Origin: an uncultured Acidimicrobiales bacterium
GTDB lineage: Bacteria > Actinomycetota > Acidimicrobiia > Acidimicrobiales > Bin134
Direction: 5' to 3'
DNA: 64,000 nt
NCBI GenBank assembly: GCA_951813555.1
Contig: OX638344.1
Coordinates: forward strand, 1,688,990-1,752,989
The notes under the pieces were generated by a model. That model was given only the letters and a program-made list of their open reading frames with translations, was not told the DNA's origin and did no database searches. A program made the position numbers and the translations under genes. The stretch's first letter is position 1. Every line of letters begins with the position of its first letter. This document shows positions 55,837 through 64,000 of this stretch, one piece after another.

Positions 55837-55865
55837 ATGCAAAATGATGGCAATGCTGGTATAAT
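55837..55865 (+). promoter_or_regulatory. Promoter candidate with extended -10 (TGgTATAAT) giving a leaderless vapB mRNA
   Basis: A perfect TATAAT at 55860..55865 is preceded by TGG. There is a weak -35 (ATGCAA) 17 nt upstream. The vapB ATG at 55872 lies 6 nt after the -10 box. Confidence 0.5.
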
Positions 55866-55871
55866 GCTTTC

Positions 55872-56108
55872 ATGGGAGTACAGATCACCATTCGGGAGGT
55901 TCCTGAGGAAGTTCGGAATGTGCTAGCGGCCCGGGCCGCTCTGAAGCGGCAGTCGATGCAGGAGTACTTGCGGGGAGAGCTGGTGCGCATAGCGGCAAGG
56001 CCCACTTTGGATACCTGGATCGAAGAGGTCCGTCGTCGAAAGGACGCCGCGGGTACCAGCATCGCGACCTCAGCGATCCTTGATGCTCGGGACGCCGACC
56101 GCCGGTGA
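55872..56108 (+). CDS. vapB: Ribbon-helix-helix antitoxin (VapB/FitA-like)
   Basis: MGVQITIREVPEEVRNVLAARAALKRQSMQEYLRGELVRIA is a typical FitA-like antitoxin sequence. Confidence 0.8.
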   Translation: MGVQITIREVPEEVRNVLAARAALKRQSMQEYLRGELVRIAARPTLDTWIEEVRRRKDAAGTSIATSAILDARDADRR

Positions 56109-56503
56109 GCGTGGTCATAGATGCGTCGGTGCTGGTGGCGGCACTGGTCGATTCCGACCAAGACGGCCCGTGGGCTGAAGCGGCAATCGCACAAGGACAA
56201 CTGGCCGCGCCGGAAATGGTCTTGGCCGAGGCGACCAACATCTTGCGCCGAATGGATCTGTCCGGTCAGGTATCGAGGTTGGAGGCCACGGCTTCCTTTC
56301 GCGATCTGCTGCGCCTAGATGTCGAGCTCTACCCGTTTACTCCGCTGGCCGAGCGAGTCTGGGAGCTGAGGGGCAACGTGACTAGCTATGACGCTTGGTA
56401 TGTGGCGCTGGCGGAGGCGCTCAACAATCCACTCTTTACACTCGACCGCAGGCTGAGCAAGGCCAGCGGGGTCCAATGCGAGGTGGTTGTCCCGCCTCAT
56501 TAG
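56105..56503 (+). CDS. vapC: PIN-domain toxin VapC
   Basis: A GTGA overlap joins it to vapB. VVIDASVLVAAL... and ...SYDAWYVALAEALNNPLFTLDRRL are PIN motifs. Confidence 0.85.
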   Translation: MSVVIDASVLVAALVDSDQDGPWAEAAIAQGQLAAPEMVLAEATNILRRMDLSGQVSRLEATASFRDLLRLDVELYPFTPLAERVWELRGNVTSYDAWYVALAEALNNPLFTLDRRLSKASGVQCEVVVPPH

Positions 56504-56557
56504 GAGAGGACTCCAGGTGGGCGGCCGACTCTCTACGGATTGGCCTCTGGGGCCGTC

Positions 56558-59392
56558 TCAGTTGGGGACTTGGCCGCTGCGGTCTATGGCGCGGGTGTCT
56601 AGGCCAAGGTAGCTGGTGATGACGGCGGCGTTGGTTCGGACTTCGGCGGGTGTTCCCTGGGCGATGATCGACCCGGCTTCGAGGCAGTAGACGCGGTCGC
56701 TGATCGACATGATGAGCGGCATGTCGTGTTCGACGATGAGCATGGCGGCGTGGAGATGGCGACGGATTTCAACGATGAGGGGGCTGAAGGCCTCGGCCTC
56801 TCGCTGCGCTACTCCGGCGGTGGGCTCATCGAGGCACAGCATTTGGGCGTTGAGGGCGAGGAGCCCGGCGAGTTCGACGATTCGGCGTGTGCCGGTGGAG
56901 AGGTCGGCGATGTGGCTGTCGGCGTAGCGGCCCAACCCGAGAAAGTCGATCAGTTCGTCGACCTGGGCCTGAGCGGAGCGCCTGCCTCGCCCGGTCTGGT
57001 TGGCGGTCACGAGTTGTCGGGAACCATTGGACGGTGCCGATGTGGCTGCCACCAGGACGGTTTCTCGCACGGTGAGCTCGGGAAACAGGGTTGCGGCTTG
57101 GAATGTCCGGCCCAGACCATTTCGGGAGCGTTCGGCGGGCTTGAGGCGGTGGATCGGCGAGCCGTAGAGCTCAACGCGGCCTTTGGAGGGGACGAAGCCG
57201 CCGATGGCGTTTATCAGGGTTGACTTGCCGGCACCGTTGGAGCCGATGAGCCCCACGATCTCACCGGGGGCCACTTCGATATGGGCGTTGTCAACCGCCA
57301 GTCGGCCGCCGAAGCGCACGGTAATCCCGATTGCCCGCAGCGCCGGTTCGGAGGTGTCGGGCACCGCGGCCGGAACTGCGAGTGCCGTGGGCACGGAGTG
57401 GGTTTGTTTGGCCGCGGGTGGTGGTCGGCGGGCCTCCAGCCAGGCCACGATCCGGTCGCGGGCGGAGTAGGCGATCTGAGCGAGGCCGCTGGGGAAGTAC
57501 AAAAGGAGGATCAGCAGGCCGACGCCCGAGGTGAACAGGGGGATCAGGCGGTTAGTAGGAGCGAAGGCGGGCAGGCCGATCACCCAAAGCGCGCCGAACA
57601 CCGGCCCGATGGTGGCGCCGATGCCGCCGATGATGGCCATGGAGATGAGCCGCAACGACTCCCCGGTCCCGAAGAAGCGACCGGTCAGGGGGACCTCGTG
57701 TATCACTCCGGCCAAGAGGCCTCCCCCAAGCCCGGCCACCGCGCCGGCCAACACGAAGGCTCCCAGCTTGGTACGAGCCGGGCGAACCCCGTAGGCCGCG
57801 GCGGCGTCGGCATTGTCCCGCAGAGCCCGGATGGCCCGGCCAAAGCGGCTTCGGTGAATGCGGGCAACGGCGATCAGCACCACCACCAAGACCCCGAGCA
57901 GCAGCCAGTAGTAGGTGCGCTGACTGTCGAGGTCGAGCCCGAACACCTGGCCCCGGCGCAAGGAGACTGAAGTGGTGTTTCCGTCGCTGAAGATGGGCCG
58001 GCGGAAGAGGTATTCCTCGGTGGCCAGCGCGAGAACGAACGTGGCCACGGCGAGCAGCAGGCCGCGCACTCGCAGCGCTCCCATGCCCACCATCCCGGCG
58101 AACGCGGCGGCAACCACGGCTCCGAGGGCAACCGCGGCCGCGAAGGGGATGCCGCCGGCTTCGAAGCTGATCAGCCGGTTGTCGCCCCAGCCGATGTCCA
58201 TTTGGATGCCCCGCTGGAATGAAGCTGCTGCCACGGCACCAATTCCGGCAAAGGCCATCTGGCCCAGCGATAGCTGTCCCGCCCATCCGGTGATGATGGC
58301 CACCGACACCGCGCAGATCCCAAAGGCCAAGATGGTGGCGTAGGTGATCTGCCGTGACGGGGTGGAAACGACAATGGGCAACAGCACCGCGGTCAACCCA
58401 GCCAATCCCAGGGCCAGCTTGCCCAGGTGGCGGATCCACCAGATGGACAGGAGGTGCTTGGGAATTGGGCGGATCTTGGGAGCAAACGAGTACCGCCCTG
58501 CAGCGTCGTCGTCGCGGCGGCGCTGCACCGCTACCGCTACGAGCACGCCGATCAGCAGGACGAACTCAAAGAGCCCGCCTTCAACAGGATAGTTGAACTT
58601 GACCAGCGAGAACGTGACGCCGACCACCACCCCCCCGGCCAGAGCGAGCGGGAACGATCGCATCCGGGCGATGACCGCGGCGGCCAGGGAGTTGGCCATG
58701 GTGGTGAGGCCCACTGTCTCCAGTCCGCTCACGCTGCGGTCGGCAGAGAGCAGTATCACCGCGATGGTGGACACCACTCCGGCGATCACCCAGATGGTGA
58801 GCGATACCCGTTTCGGCTTGATGCCCGAGACTCGCGACAAATCGGGGTTGGCCGCGGTGGCCTGCACCGTTCGGCCGTAGGGCGTGCGGTCCAGCAGCAC
58901 GCCAAGCGCAATCGCCACCAGGGGGGCGACGATGAGCGCGCTGAGCTGCGGGCCGGTGACGAAGAGCCCGGCCACATCGGTCAAGATCGTGTCGATGATG
59001 ACGGGATAGCGGGTGCCGATGCCGCCGCCGACGTCGGGGTAGGCCAACAGGATGCCCTGAGCAAGCTGGGCGACCCCGATGGTGGCCACCAAGAGGATCA
59101 CCCTCGGCGCGGTGAACAGCCGGCGTACCACGCCGATCTCCACCACGGCGGCGAAGAGAGCGCCCACCGCGATGGCGGTGAGTGCCGCTATCCAGAAGGG
59201 GACGTCCCAGCGCAGGGCCAACAGGGCCAACAGACCGGCACCGGGCAGCCCCATGTTTCCAGCGGCGAAATTGATGACCCGGGAGGAGCGGAATATCAGA
59301 ACGATGGCCATGGCCAGCATCCCGTACACCAGACCGTTCACCGCCCCGTCGAAGATGAGCTGGCGGTTGGCTTCGAGGAAACCCAGCGCCAT
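56558..59392 (-). CDS. Branched-chain-amino-acid-type ABC transporter, fused permease-permease-ATPase (LivH-LivM-LivG-like)
   Basis: The protein is 944 aa. The N-terminus is LivH-like (NGLVYGMLAMAIVLIFRSSRVINFAAGNMG). The middle is a second hydrophobic, LivM-like domain. The C-terminus carries Walker A GLIGSNGAGKST, signature LSTGTRR and Walker B LCLDEP. Confidence 0.8.
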   Translation of the reverse strand: MALGFLEANRQLIFDGAVNGLVYGMLAMAIVLIFRSSRVINFAAGNMGLPGAGLLALLALRWDVPFWIAALTAIAVGALFAAVVEIGVVRRLFTAPRVILLVATIGVAQLAQGILLAYPDVGGGIGTRYPVIIDTILTDVAGLFVTGPQLSALIVAPLVAIALGVLLDRTPYGRTVQATAANPDLSRVSGIKPKRVSLTIWVIAGVVSTIAVILLSADRSVSGLETVGLTTMANSLAAAVIARMRSFPLALAGGVVVGVTFSLVKFNYPVEGGLFEFVLLIGVLVAVAVQRRRDDDAAGRYSFAPKIRPIPKHLLSIWWIRHLGKLALGLAGLTAVLLPIVVSTPSRQITYATILAFGICAVSVAIITGWAGQLSLGQMAFAGIGAVAAASFQRGIQMDIGWGDNRLISFEAGGIPFAAAVALGAVVAAAFAGMVGMGALRVRGLLLAVATFVLALATEEYLFRRPIFSDGNTTSVSLRRGQVFGLDLDSQRTYYWLLLGVLVVVLIAVARIHRSRFGRAIRALRDNADAAAAYGVRPARTKLGAFVLAGAVAGLGGGLLAGVIHEVPLTGRFFGTGESLRLISMAIIGGIGATIGPVFGALWVIGLPAFAPTNRLIPLFTSGVGLLILLLYFPSGLAQIAYSARDRIVAWLEARRPPPAAKQTHSVPTALAVPAAVPDTSEPALRAIGITVRFGGRLAVDNAHIEVAPGEIVGLIGSNGAGKSTLINAIGGFVPSKGRVELYGSPIHRLKPAERSRNGLGRTFQAATLFPELTVRETVLVAATSAPSNGSRQLVTANQTGRGRRSAQAQVDELIDFLGLGRYADSHIADLSTGTRRIVELAGLLALNAQMLCLDEPTAGVAQREAEAFSPLIVEIRRHLHAAMLIVEHDMPLIMSISDRVYCLEAGSIIAQGTPAEVRTNAAVITSYLGLDTRAIDRSGQVPN

Positions 59393-61569
59393 CAGCCCCC
59401 CTCGTCGCCCAGGAAAACGGCTCTGACCAGGTCGTCGCGGTCAGCCAGTTCAGAGGCTGGTCCTTGGAACCGCACCTGACCCTTTTCGATGAACACGGCC
59501 CGGTCGGCCAATTCCAGGGCGATGTTGAGCGACTGCTCGACGATGACAATGGTCTGCCCGGTCGATTGGAGCCGCTCGATGTGGCCCATGAGCTCGGCCA
59601 CCGCGGTCGGAGCGAGGCCGAGGGACAGTTCGTCGATCAGGAGCACTTCGGGCTGGCACAGCAGCGTTCGGGCCAGGGCGAGCATCTGTTGTTGGCCGCC
59701 CGACAAGGCGTCGGCTCGGTCGTCGAGGCGGGAGCGGAGTTCGGGGAACAACTCAAGGGCGTGCTCGATTCGGCGATGCCGTTCGGACTTGTCGTCTCGG
59801 AGCTGATAGGTCCCCATCTCCAGGTTGTGGCGCACGCTGAGCGGCGCCCATACGCCGCTTCCCCCCAGCAGGGTCTGTATTCCCATCTCCGTTCGCTGCT
59901 CGGGGGTGGAGAAGGTGATGGTGCGGCCGTTCAGACGTACCACTCCCCGCTCCGGAGTGCCGAGGCCGGCGATCACCCGCAGAATGGTCGACTTTCCGGC
60001 GCCGTTGGTGCCCAGCAGGGCCAGGGTCTCGCCCCTTCGGACTTCGAAACCGACGTCGAAGAGGACCTGGACGTTGCCATAGCTGAAGTCGATGTCGGCC
60101 AGTTGCAGGGCGGGGATGTGTTCGGGATCTTCTTGTTGGCGGTTGTGTTCGGCCTGCTCCTCGAGTATCTCGGCCACGTTGCGAGACAAGTCGCGCCGTA
60201 TGTGGCGGGCACCGTTCAACATGAAGGCCCCGCCGACGATGGTGGAGGGCAGTCCCAGCACCAGGATCGTGGTCTTCGGGCCGCTGGCATCGACCACCAT
60301 GGCCGACAGCAGGCCGCCGCCGGCCGCGCCGATGAAGAAGATGTACAACGTGGACAGCGCCGAGCCGATGCCCCGAAGCCGATAGGGGACGACGGCCTGC
60401 ATGAGGGGCCCGACCATGGCGAAGGCCGCGAACATCATCAGCGAGCCGGGAACGTCCAACACGGCAAAGAGCCACGGGTTGGGCATGTTGAACTGGACGG
60501 GCAACAACAGTGCGGAGGGCAAGATGAGCGCGCCGATCAGCCCCATCGCCCGGGTTGGGTTCTGGCGGTAGAGGCGATCGAACTGTCGCCCGACAAACGG
60601 CATGATGGCGATGACCCCGACCCCGGACGCGGTGGTGAGGGTGCCGCGGCCCAACGGGCCCAATCCGTACTCGTCCTCAAGGAACAAAGAGGTGAGCACT
60701 GGCCGGCTGAACAGTCCGAAGCCCAGCGCGGCGAACCCGAGGAGCACCGTGCGCAGGGTCGCCACCTTGTTGAGCCGGGCGAACGCCGCTTCTAGGGAGA
60801 CAGGGGCAGAATCGCCCGCGTCGCCGGCCTGGCCTAAGACATCGGCCTTCTCCCATTGGCCTCGCACCGGCTCGGGGAGCCGGAACGCGGCCACGGCCAC
60901 AACGGCCACCGGGATCCACAGGGTGTAGTAGGTCCAGCGCCAGCTGACGAAGGCGGCGATGGCCCCGACCAGCACGGGGCTGATGATGCCCACCGACCGT
61001 CCGACCATGATGGTGAGCGACGCGATACGGCCCCGAACCCCGATGGGGTACTGGTCGGCGATCAGGGAGCTGTGGACAGGCAGGGTGTTGGACTTGGAGA
61101 TCCCGGTTCCCAGCCGAGCGAGGAAGAACACCGCAACATGGCGGGCCAGGCCGGACAGCAGCGAGAACAGGCCGAAGGCGAGACTGGCCGCCCCGATGAC
61201 CGGCCCCCGGCGAAATCGGTCGGCCAGCCAGCCCATGGGCAGTGCGCCGAGGAACACAAACGACACCGAGGCGGCACCCAAGAAAACGATGACCCCATCG
61301 CCCACGCCGAAGCTGTCTCGGATCTCGGGGGCGAGAACCGACAGTGCAGCCGATTCGAGCTCGTCGAGGCTGTTGAGGATCAACAGGACGAGGAATGTCG
61401 CTATTCCGCCTTTGGCCAGCCCTTCCCGCAGCGACATTTGCTCGCCGCCCACACCGGGAAGGACGTGGTCGGGAAATATCACCTCATCGTCGGCGCCGGT
61501 CTGATCTGTCTGACTGTCAAGCACCCGGCGAGACAGGGCGCCGGCGTCGTTGCTGGCGGCGTCGGTCAT
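59392..61569 (-). CDS. MFS-like membrane domain fused to LivF-like ABC ATPase
   Basis: The protein is 725 aa. The N-terminal 450 aa or so are hydrophobic and carry the MFS-type motif GWLADRFRRGPV. The C-terminus carries Walker A LLGTNGAGKST, signature LSGGQQQ and Walker B LLIDELS. A TGATG overlap joins it to the downstream gene. Confidence 0.75.
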   Translation of the reverse strand: MTDAASNDAGALSRRVLDSQTDQTGADDEVIFPDHVLPGVGGEQMSLREGLAKGGIATFLVLLILNSLDELESAALSVLAPEIRDSFGVGDGVIVFLGAASVSFVFLGALPMGWLADRFRRGPVIGAASLAFGLFSLLSGLARHVAVFFLARLGTGISKSNTLPVHSSLIADQYPIGVRGRIASLTIMVGRSVGIISPVLVGAIAAFVSWRWTYYTLWIPVAVVAVAAFRLPEPVRGQWEKADVLGQAGDAGDSAPVSLEAAFARLNKVATLRTVLLGFAALGFGLFSRPVLTSLFLEDEYGLGPLGRGTLTTASGVGVIAIMPFVGRQFDRLYRQNPTRAMGLIGALILPSALLLPVQFNMPNPWLFAVLDVPGSLMMFAAFAMVGPLMQAVVPYRLRGIGSALSTLYIFFIGAAGGGLLSAMVVDASGPKTTILVLGLPSTIVGGAFMLNGARHIRRDLSRNVAEILEEQAEHNRQQEDPEHIPALQLADIDFSYGNVQVLFDVGFEVRRGETLALLGTNGAGKSTILRVIAGLGTPERGVVRLNGRTITFSTPEQRTEMGIQTLLGGSGVWAPLSVRHNLEMGTYQLRDDKSERHRRIEHALELFPELRSRLDDRADALSGGQQQMLALARTLLCQPEVLLIDELSLGLAPTAVAELMGHIERLQSTGQTIVIVEQSLNIALELADRAVFIEKGQVRFQGPASELADRDDLVRAVFLGDEGG

Positions 61570-61593
61570 CTACCCCCCTTCCCGGTGGTTTGC

Positions 61594-62634
61594 TTATCGG
61601 TGCTCGAACAGATCTTGGGACTCCTGTCGGTGCATGAAGCGCGGGTCGGACAACGCGGCGGCATAGCGTTCGGCCAAGCCATCCCAAGAGCCGATTCTGG
61701 TATCGCCGTAGAACGGGAACATGCCGTCCCGCCAATCGGTGGCGATCACTGTCAGGGCTTTGATCTCGGGCCGACGCCGGACCAGTTCGAACATGGCCTC
61801 GTACCAGGCCCATTGGTCTTCGAAGTCGCCGATCTCGAGCAGCCCGTCGCGAAACGACTCGGGACGGTCGGGATCGACCAGATTCCAATCGAAGAAGAAG
61901 GGACACGACTCGGGAATCATCACCGGCTTCCTCTCTTCCCGGCACCGGTCGAGATAGGCGGATGTCTCGGAGCGCTCGAAGCCAATCGGGGCGAACACGT
62001 CCACCGCGGCCCAATCGACGTAGTCGTTGCCGGGCCACCAGTCGAACGGATCTCGGAACTGGAACGAGCCGGCCGCAGAGCACCACGTGGAGGCGACGTT
62101 GTGAGCCTCCTCTTGTTTGAACAGCTCGACGATGTGGGGAAAGAGGTCCTTGTAGGCCTCGGTGTCGTGGGGGTCGAAGCTGAGGTTGAACTCATAGCCG
62201 ATCCGCAGCCACACGGGCATGCCCAGATCCCGCAGACACCGAGCCATTCGGCGTAGCGATTCATCGCATGCCCCTGTGGCTACCACCCGCTCAACCGGCC
62301 GGACGTGAAGCCCAACGATCAGCGGGGTGTGGGGGCGCTTGGCCGACAGGTTGCCGACACCCTGGCAAAAGGACTCGAGGATTCCGTCGCTGGTGTCGTG
62401 GACGTGGGCATAGGTGCTCACCACCCCCGGCTTGGGGTCGATGGTGGCTTCGTACTCGCAAAGCTCCTCATCGGACACCAGGTGGGGTCGATCCTCGACG
62501 CCGAGCTGGCCCCAGCAGTGCAGTACCCGACCGGCAGGAGGCTCGAACGGAGCGCCGAAGTCAACTGGCTCACTAGAGCGATCCGGGGTCTGGACGGTGA
62601 TCTGCATCCTGCCCGAGTCTTGTCGCATGGCCAC
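61594..62634 (-). CDS. Hypothetical protein, possibly glycoside-hydrolase (GH26-like TIM barrel)
   Basis: WLRIGYEFN and WWPGNDYVDWAAVDVF resemble GH26 motifs as I remember them. No signal peptide is apparent. Low certainty. Confidence 0.35.
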   Translation of the reverse strand: MAMRQDSGRMQITVQTPDRSSEPVDFGAPFEPPAGRVLHCWGQLGVEDRPHLVSDEELCEYEATIDPKPGVVSTYAHVHDTSDGILESFCQGVGNLSAKRPHTPLIVGLHVRPVERVVATGACDESLRRMARCLRDLGMPVWLRIGYEFNLSFDPHDTEAYKDLFPHIVELFKQEEAHNVASTWCSAAGSFQFRDPFDWWPGNDYVDWAAVDVFAPIGFERSETSAYLDRCREERKPVMIPESCPFFFDWNLVDPDRPESFRDGLLEIGDFEDQWAWYEAMFELVRRRPEIKALTVIATDWRDGMFPFYGDTRIGSWDGLAERYAAALSDPRFMHRQESQDLFEHR

Positions 62635-62684
62635 AACCTAATGTGGCAACGTGAAGGGCCAGACCTTTGCGGAGGGATGCAGCC

Positions 62685-64000
62685 ATGCGCTTACGACTCA
62701 TAGGAATCATCACCGTTCTGTTCGTTTTGGCATCGGCGTGCGGGGGCGGAGACTCTGAACCGGAAATCGACGGCGGCGCTGCGGAGCCTCAGACTCAGCC
62801 AGTCGAAGATGGGCCTGAGGAATCGCAGTCGGCGACAAGGGTCCCGGAGCCCGCAGACGAGCCGGAAGAGGCTGACGCGGAGGCCACGGCGCCGGAACCG
62901 GAGACACCTGAGCCCGCAGACGAGCAGGCTGAGGCGCCGGAGACCGAGGAAGAGCCAGCCGAGCCTGAGCCGATTGTGCTGACCGACTCGTTCCGGGGCG
63001 TGACCTCTGAGGCGATCAAGATCGGCATCGTGATCATCGATCTCTCCGTCATCGGCCGCAGCAACGGCGACGTGGAAGCCAAGTGGGAGGCCGTCATCGA
63101 CGAGGTCAACGCCAGCGGTGGGGTTCTCGGTCGCCGACTTGAGCCGGTCATGGTGGGGTATTCGCCCCTAGGGGATGTCGAGTCAGAGGCGGCCTGCGTG
63201 CAGTTGACGCAAGATGAGGAAGTGTTTGCGGCCATGGGTCCGCTGCTCACCAATCTGACCTGTTTCACCGACGTGAACGAAACGATCTTTATCAACACCT
63301 TCGGGGTCAGCCAAGAGGATTTCGACCGGTCCAAGGCTGTGGCCATCGGCCCAGGCGCGCTCCCTGCCCGCGGCGCGGCAATCAGCGTCCAGTTGCTGAT
63401 CGATGCCGGGATCCTGGATGGTCCGGTGGCGGTGCATGCCGCGGCGGACACGGGAAGTGAGCGGGATCACTACATCAACGCCCTGGTGGCCGCCGGAGTC
63501 GATGTGGTGTCAGAGACCGAATCCACCGACAGTGGGGGTGACATTGCCGCCTCAGATGCCGAGATGCAGGCCTTTGCCCAGCGGTGGCAGGCCGACGGGG
63601 CCGAGGTAATCCTCGCGGTGGGAATCGGTTCGGCTCTCAACGTGGTCGCTGGCATTGATCGGAGTCCATATCGCCCCAGGTTGGTGGCAACCAGAGGAAG
63701 CGGCGTCGACCCCGAACTTTATCGCGACCTCGGCTACACGACCGATGCCCTAGAAGGTGCCTATGCGCTCGGTTCAGTGGGATTCGAAGATCTCGCCAAG
63801 GCGGGGGATCCAAGCGTTGTTTCCTGCATCGACCGCTTCGAAGCGGCGTCGGACGAAGTTGTCAATGTCGACCCCGAGGGTGATGAACCGGTGAATCTGA
63901 ACACCACCATTTGGGCGTGCCAAGCTGTGGAGATATTCACGCAGATTGCTACGGCTGCCGGGCCAGATCTCACCAACGATTCGTTTAGGGCGGCCGCCGA
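62685..64000 (+). CDS. ABC transporter substrate-binding lipoprotein (Leu/Ile/Val-binding, Peripla_BP_6-like), 3' end cut by window edge
   Basis: It is absent from the ORF track because no stop falls within the window. My translation reads MRLRLIGIITVLFVLASAC (lipobox), then an acidic Pro/Glu linker, then IKIGIVIIDLS...VNASGGVLGRRLEPV. GGAGGG lies 9 nt upstream of the ATG. Confidence 0.75.
   Translation, partial: MRLRLIGIITVLFVLASACGGGDSEPEIDGGAAEPQTQPVEDGPEESQSATRVPEPADEPEEADAEATAPEPETPEPADEQAEAPETEEEPAEPEPIVLTDSFRGVTSEAIKIGIVIIDLSVIGRSNGDVEAKWEAVIDEVNASGGVLGRRLEPVMVGYSPLGDVESEAACVQLTQDEEVFAAMGPLLTNLTCFTDVNETIFINTFGVSQEDFDRSKAVAIGPGALPARGAAISVQLLIDAGILDGPVAVHAAADTGSERDHYINALVAAGVDVVSETESTDSGGDIAASDAEMQAFAQRWQADGAEVILAVGIGSALNVVAGIDRSPYRPRLVATRGSGVDPELYRDLGYTTDALEGAYALGSVGFEDLAKAGDPSVVSCIDRFEAASDEVVNVDPEGDEPVNLNTTIWACQAVEIFTQIATAAGPDLTNDSFRAAA

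Noticed and set aside
62795-63451. A 218-aa minus-strand ORF.
   Set aside because: It is antisense to the substrate-binding lipoprotein gene, which runs off the window, and its translation is Ser/Ala-rich low complexity.

Overview
High-GC, actinobacterial-style chromosome segment. All calls come from reading the supplied ORF translations and the raw sequence; no database or HMM search was run. Most of the window is core metabolism:
- Lipid/steroid-type catabolism: SDRs, acyl-CoA dehydrogenases, an enoyl-CoA hydratase, and two paralogous DUF35 + thiolase-fold 'Ltp' modules.
- F420/flavin oxidoreductases.
- A ferredoxin/ferredoxin-reductase pair.
- A hopanoid cluster, hpnC-hpnD-hpnE-polyprenyl synthase-shc-hpnG-hpnH.
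- pepN.
- A branched-chain-amino-acid-type ABC transporter with unusual domain fusions.

The most interesting region is a visibly AT-richer accessory island at about 9.2-26 kb. It holds a fused MNT-HEPN protein, a VapBC pair, and a small-ORF + XRE HTH pair. It also holds a complete type I-G (ex I-U)-like CRISPR-Cas locus in the order cas7/csb1, cas5-6/csb2, cas3 (C-terminal HD), a short Cas8-like gene, cas4-cas1 and cas2. The array that follows has 48 repeats and 47 spacers, plus a decayed relic repeat. A DUF222/HNH gene and an SRAP gene lie beyond the array.

Other observations worth a second look:
- Two adjacent, near-identical spacers offset by 1 nt.
- A structured intergenic repeat of about 85 nt, present twice 10.5 kb apart.
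- A ferredoxin reductase with no canonical start codon.
- A MerR-TetR double-HTH regulator upstream of the hopanoid genes.
- A LivH-LivM-LivG triple fusion and an MFS-LivF fusion.
- Apparently leaderless VapB promoters.

Nothing here can be shown to be novel without searches. Start codons are often uncertain, because the ORF track reports the longest ORFs using ATG/GTG/TTG.
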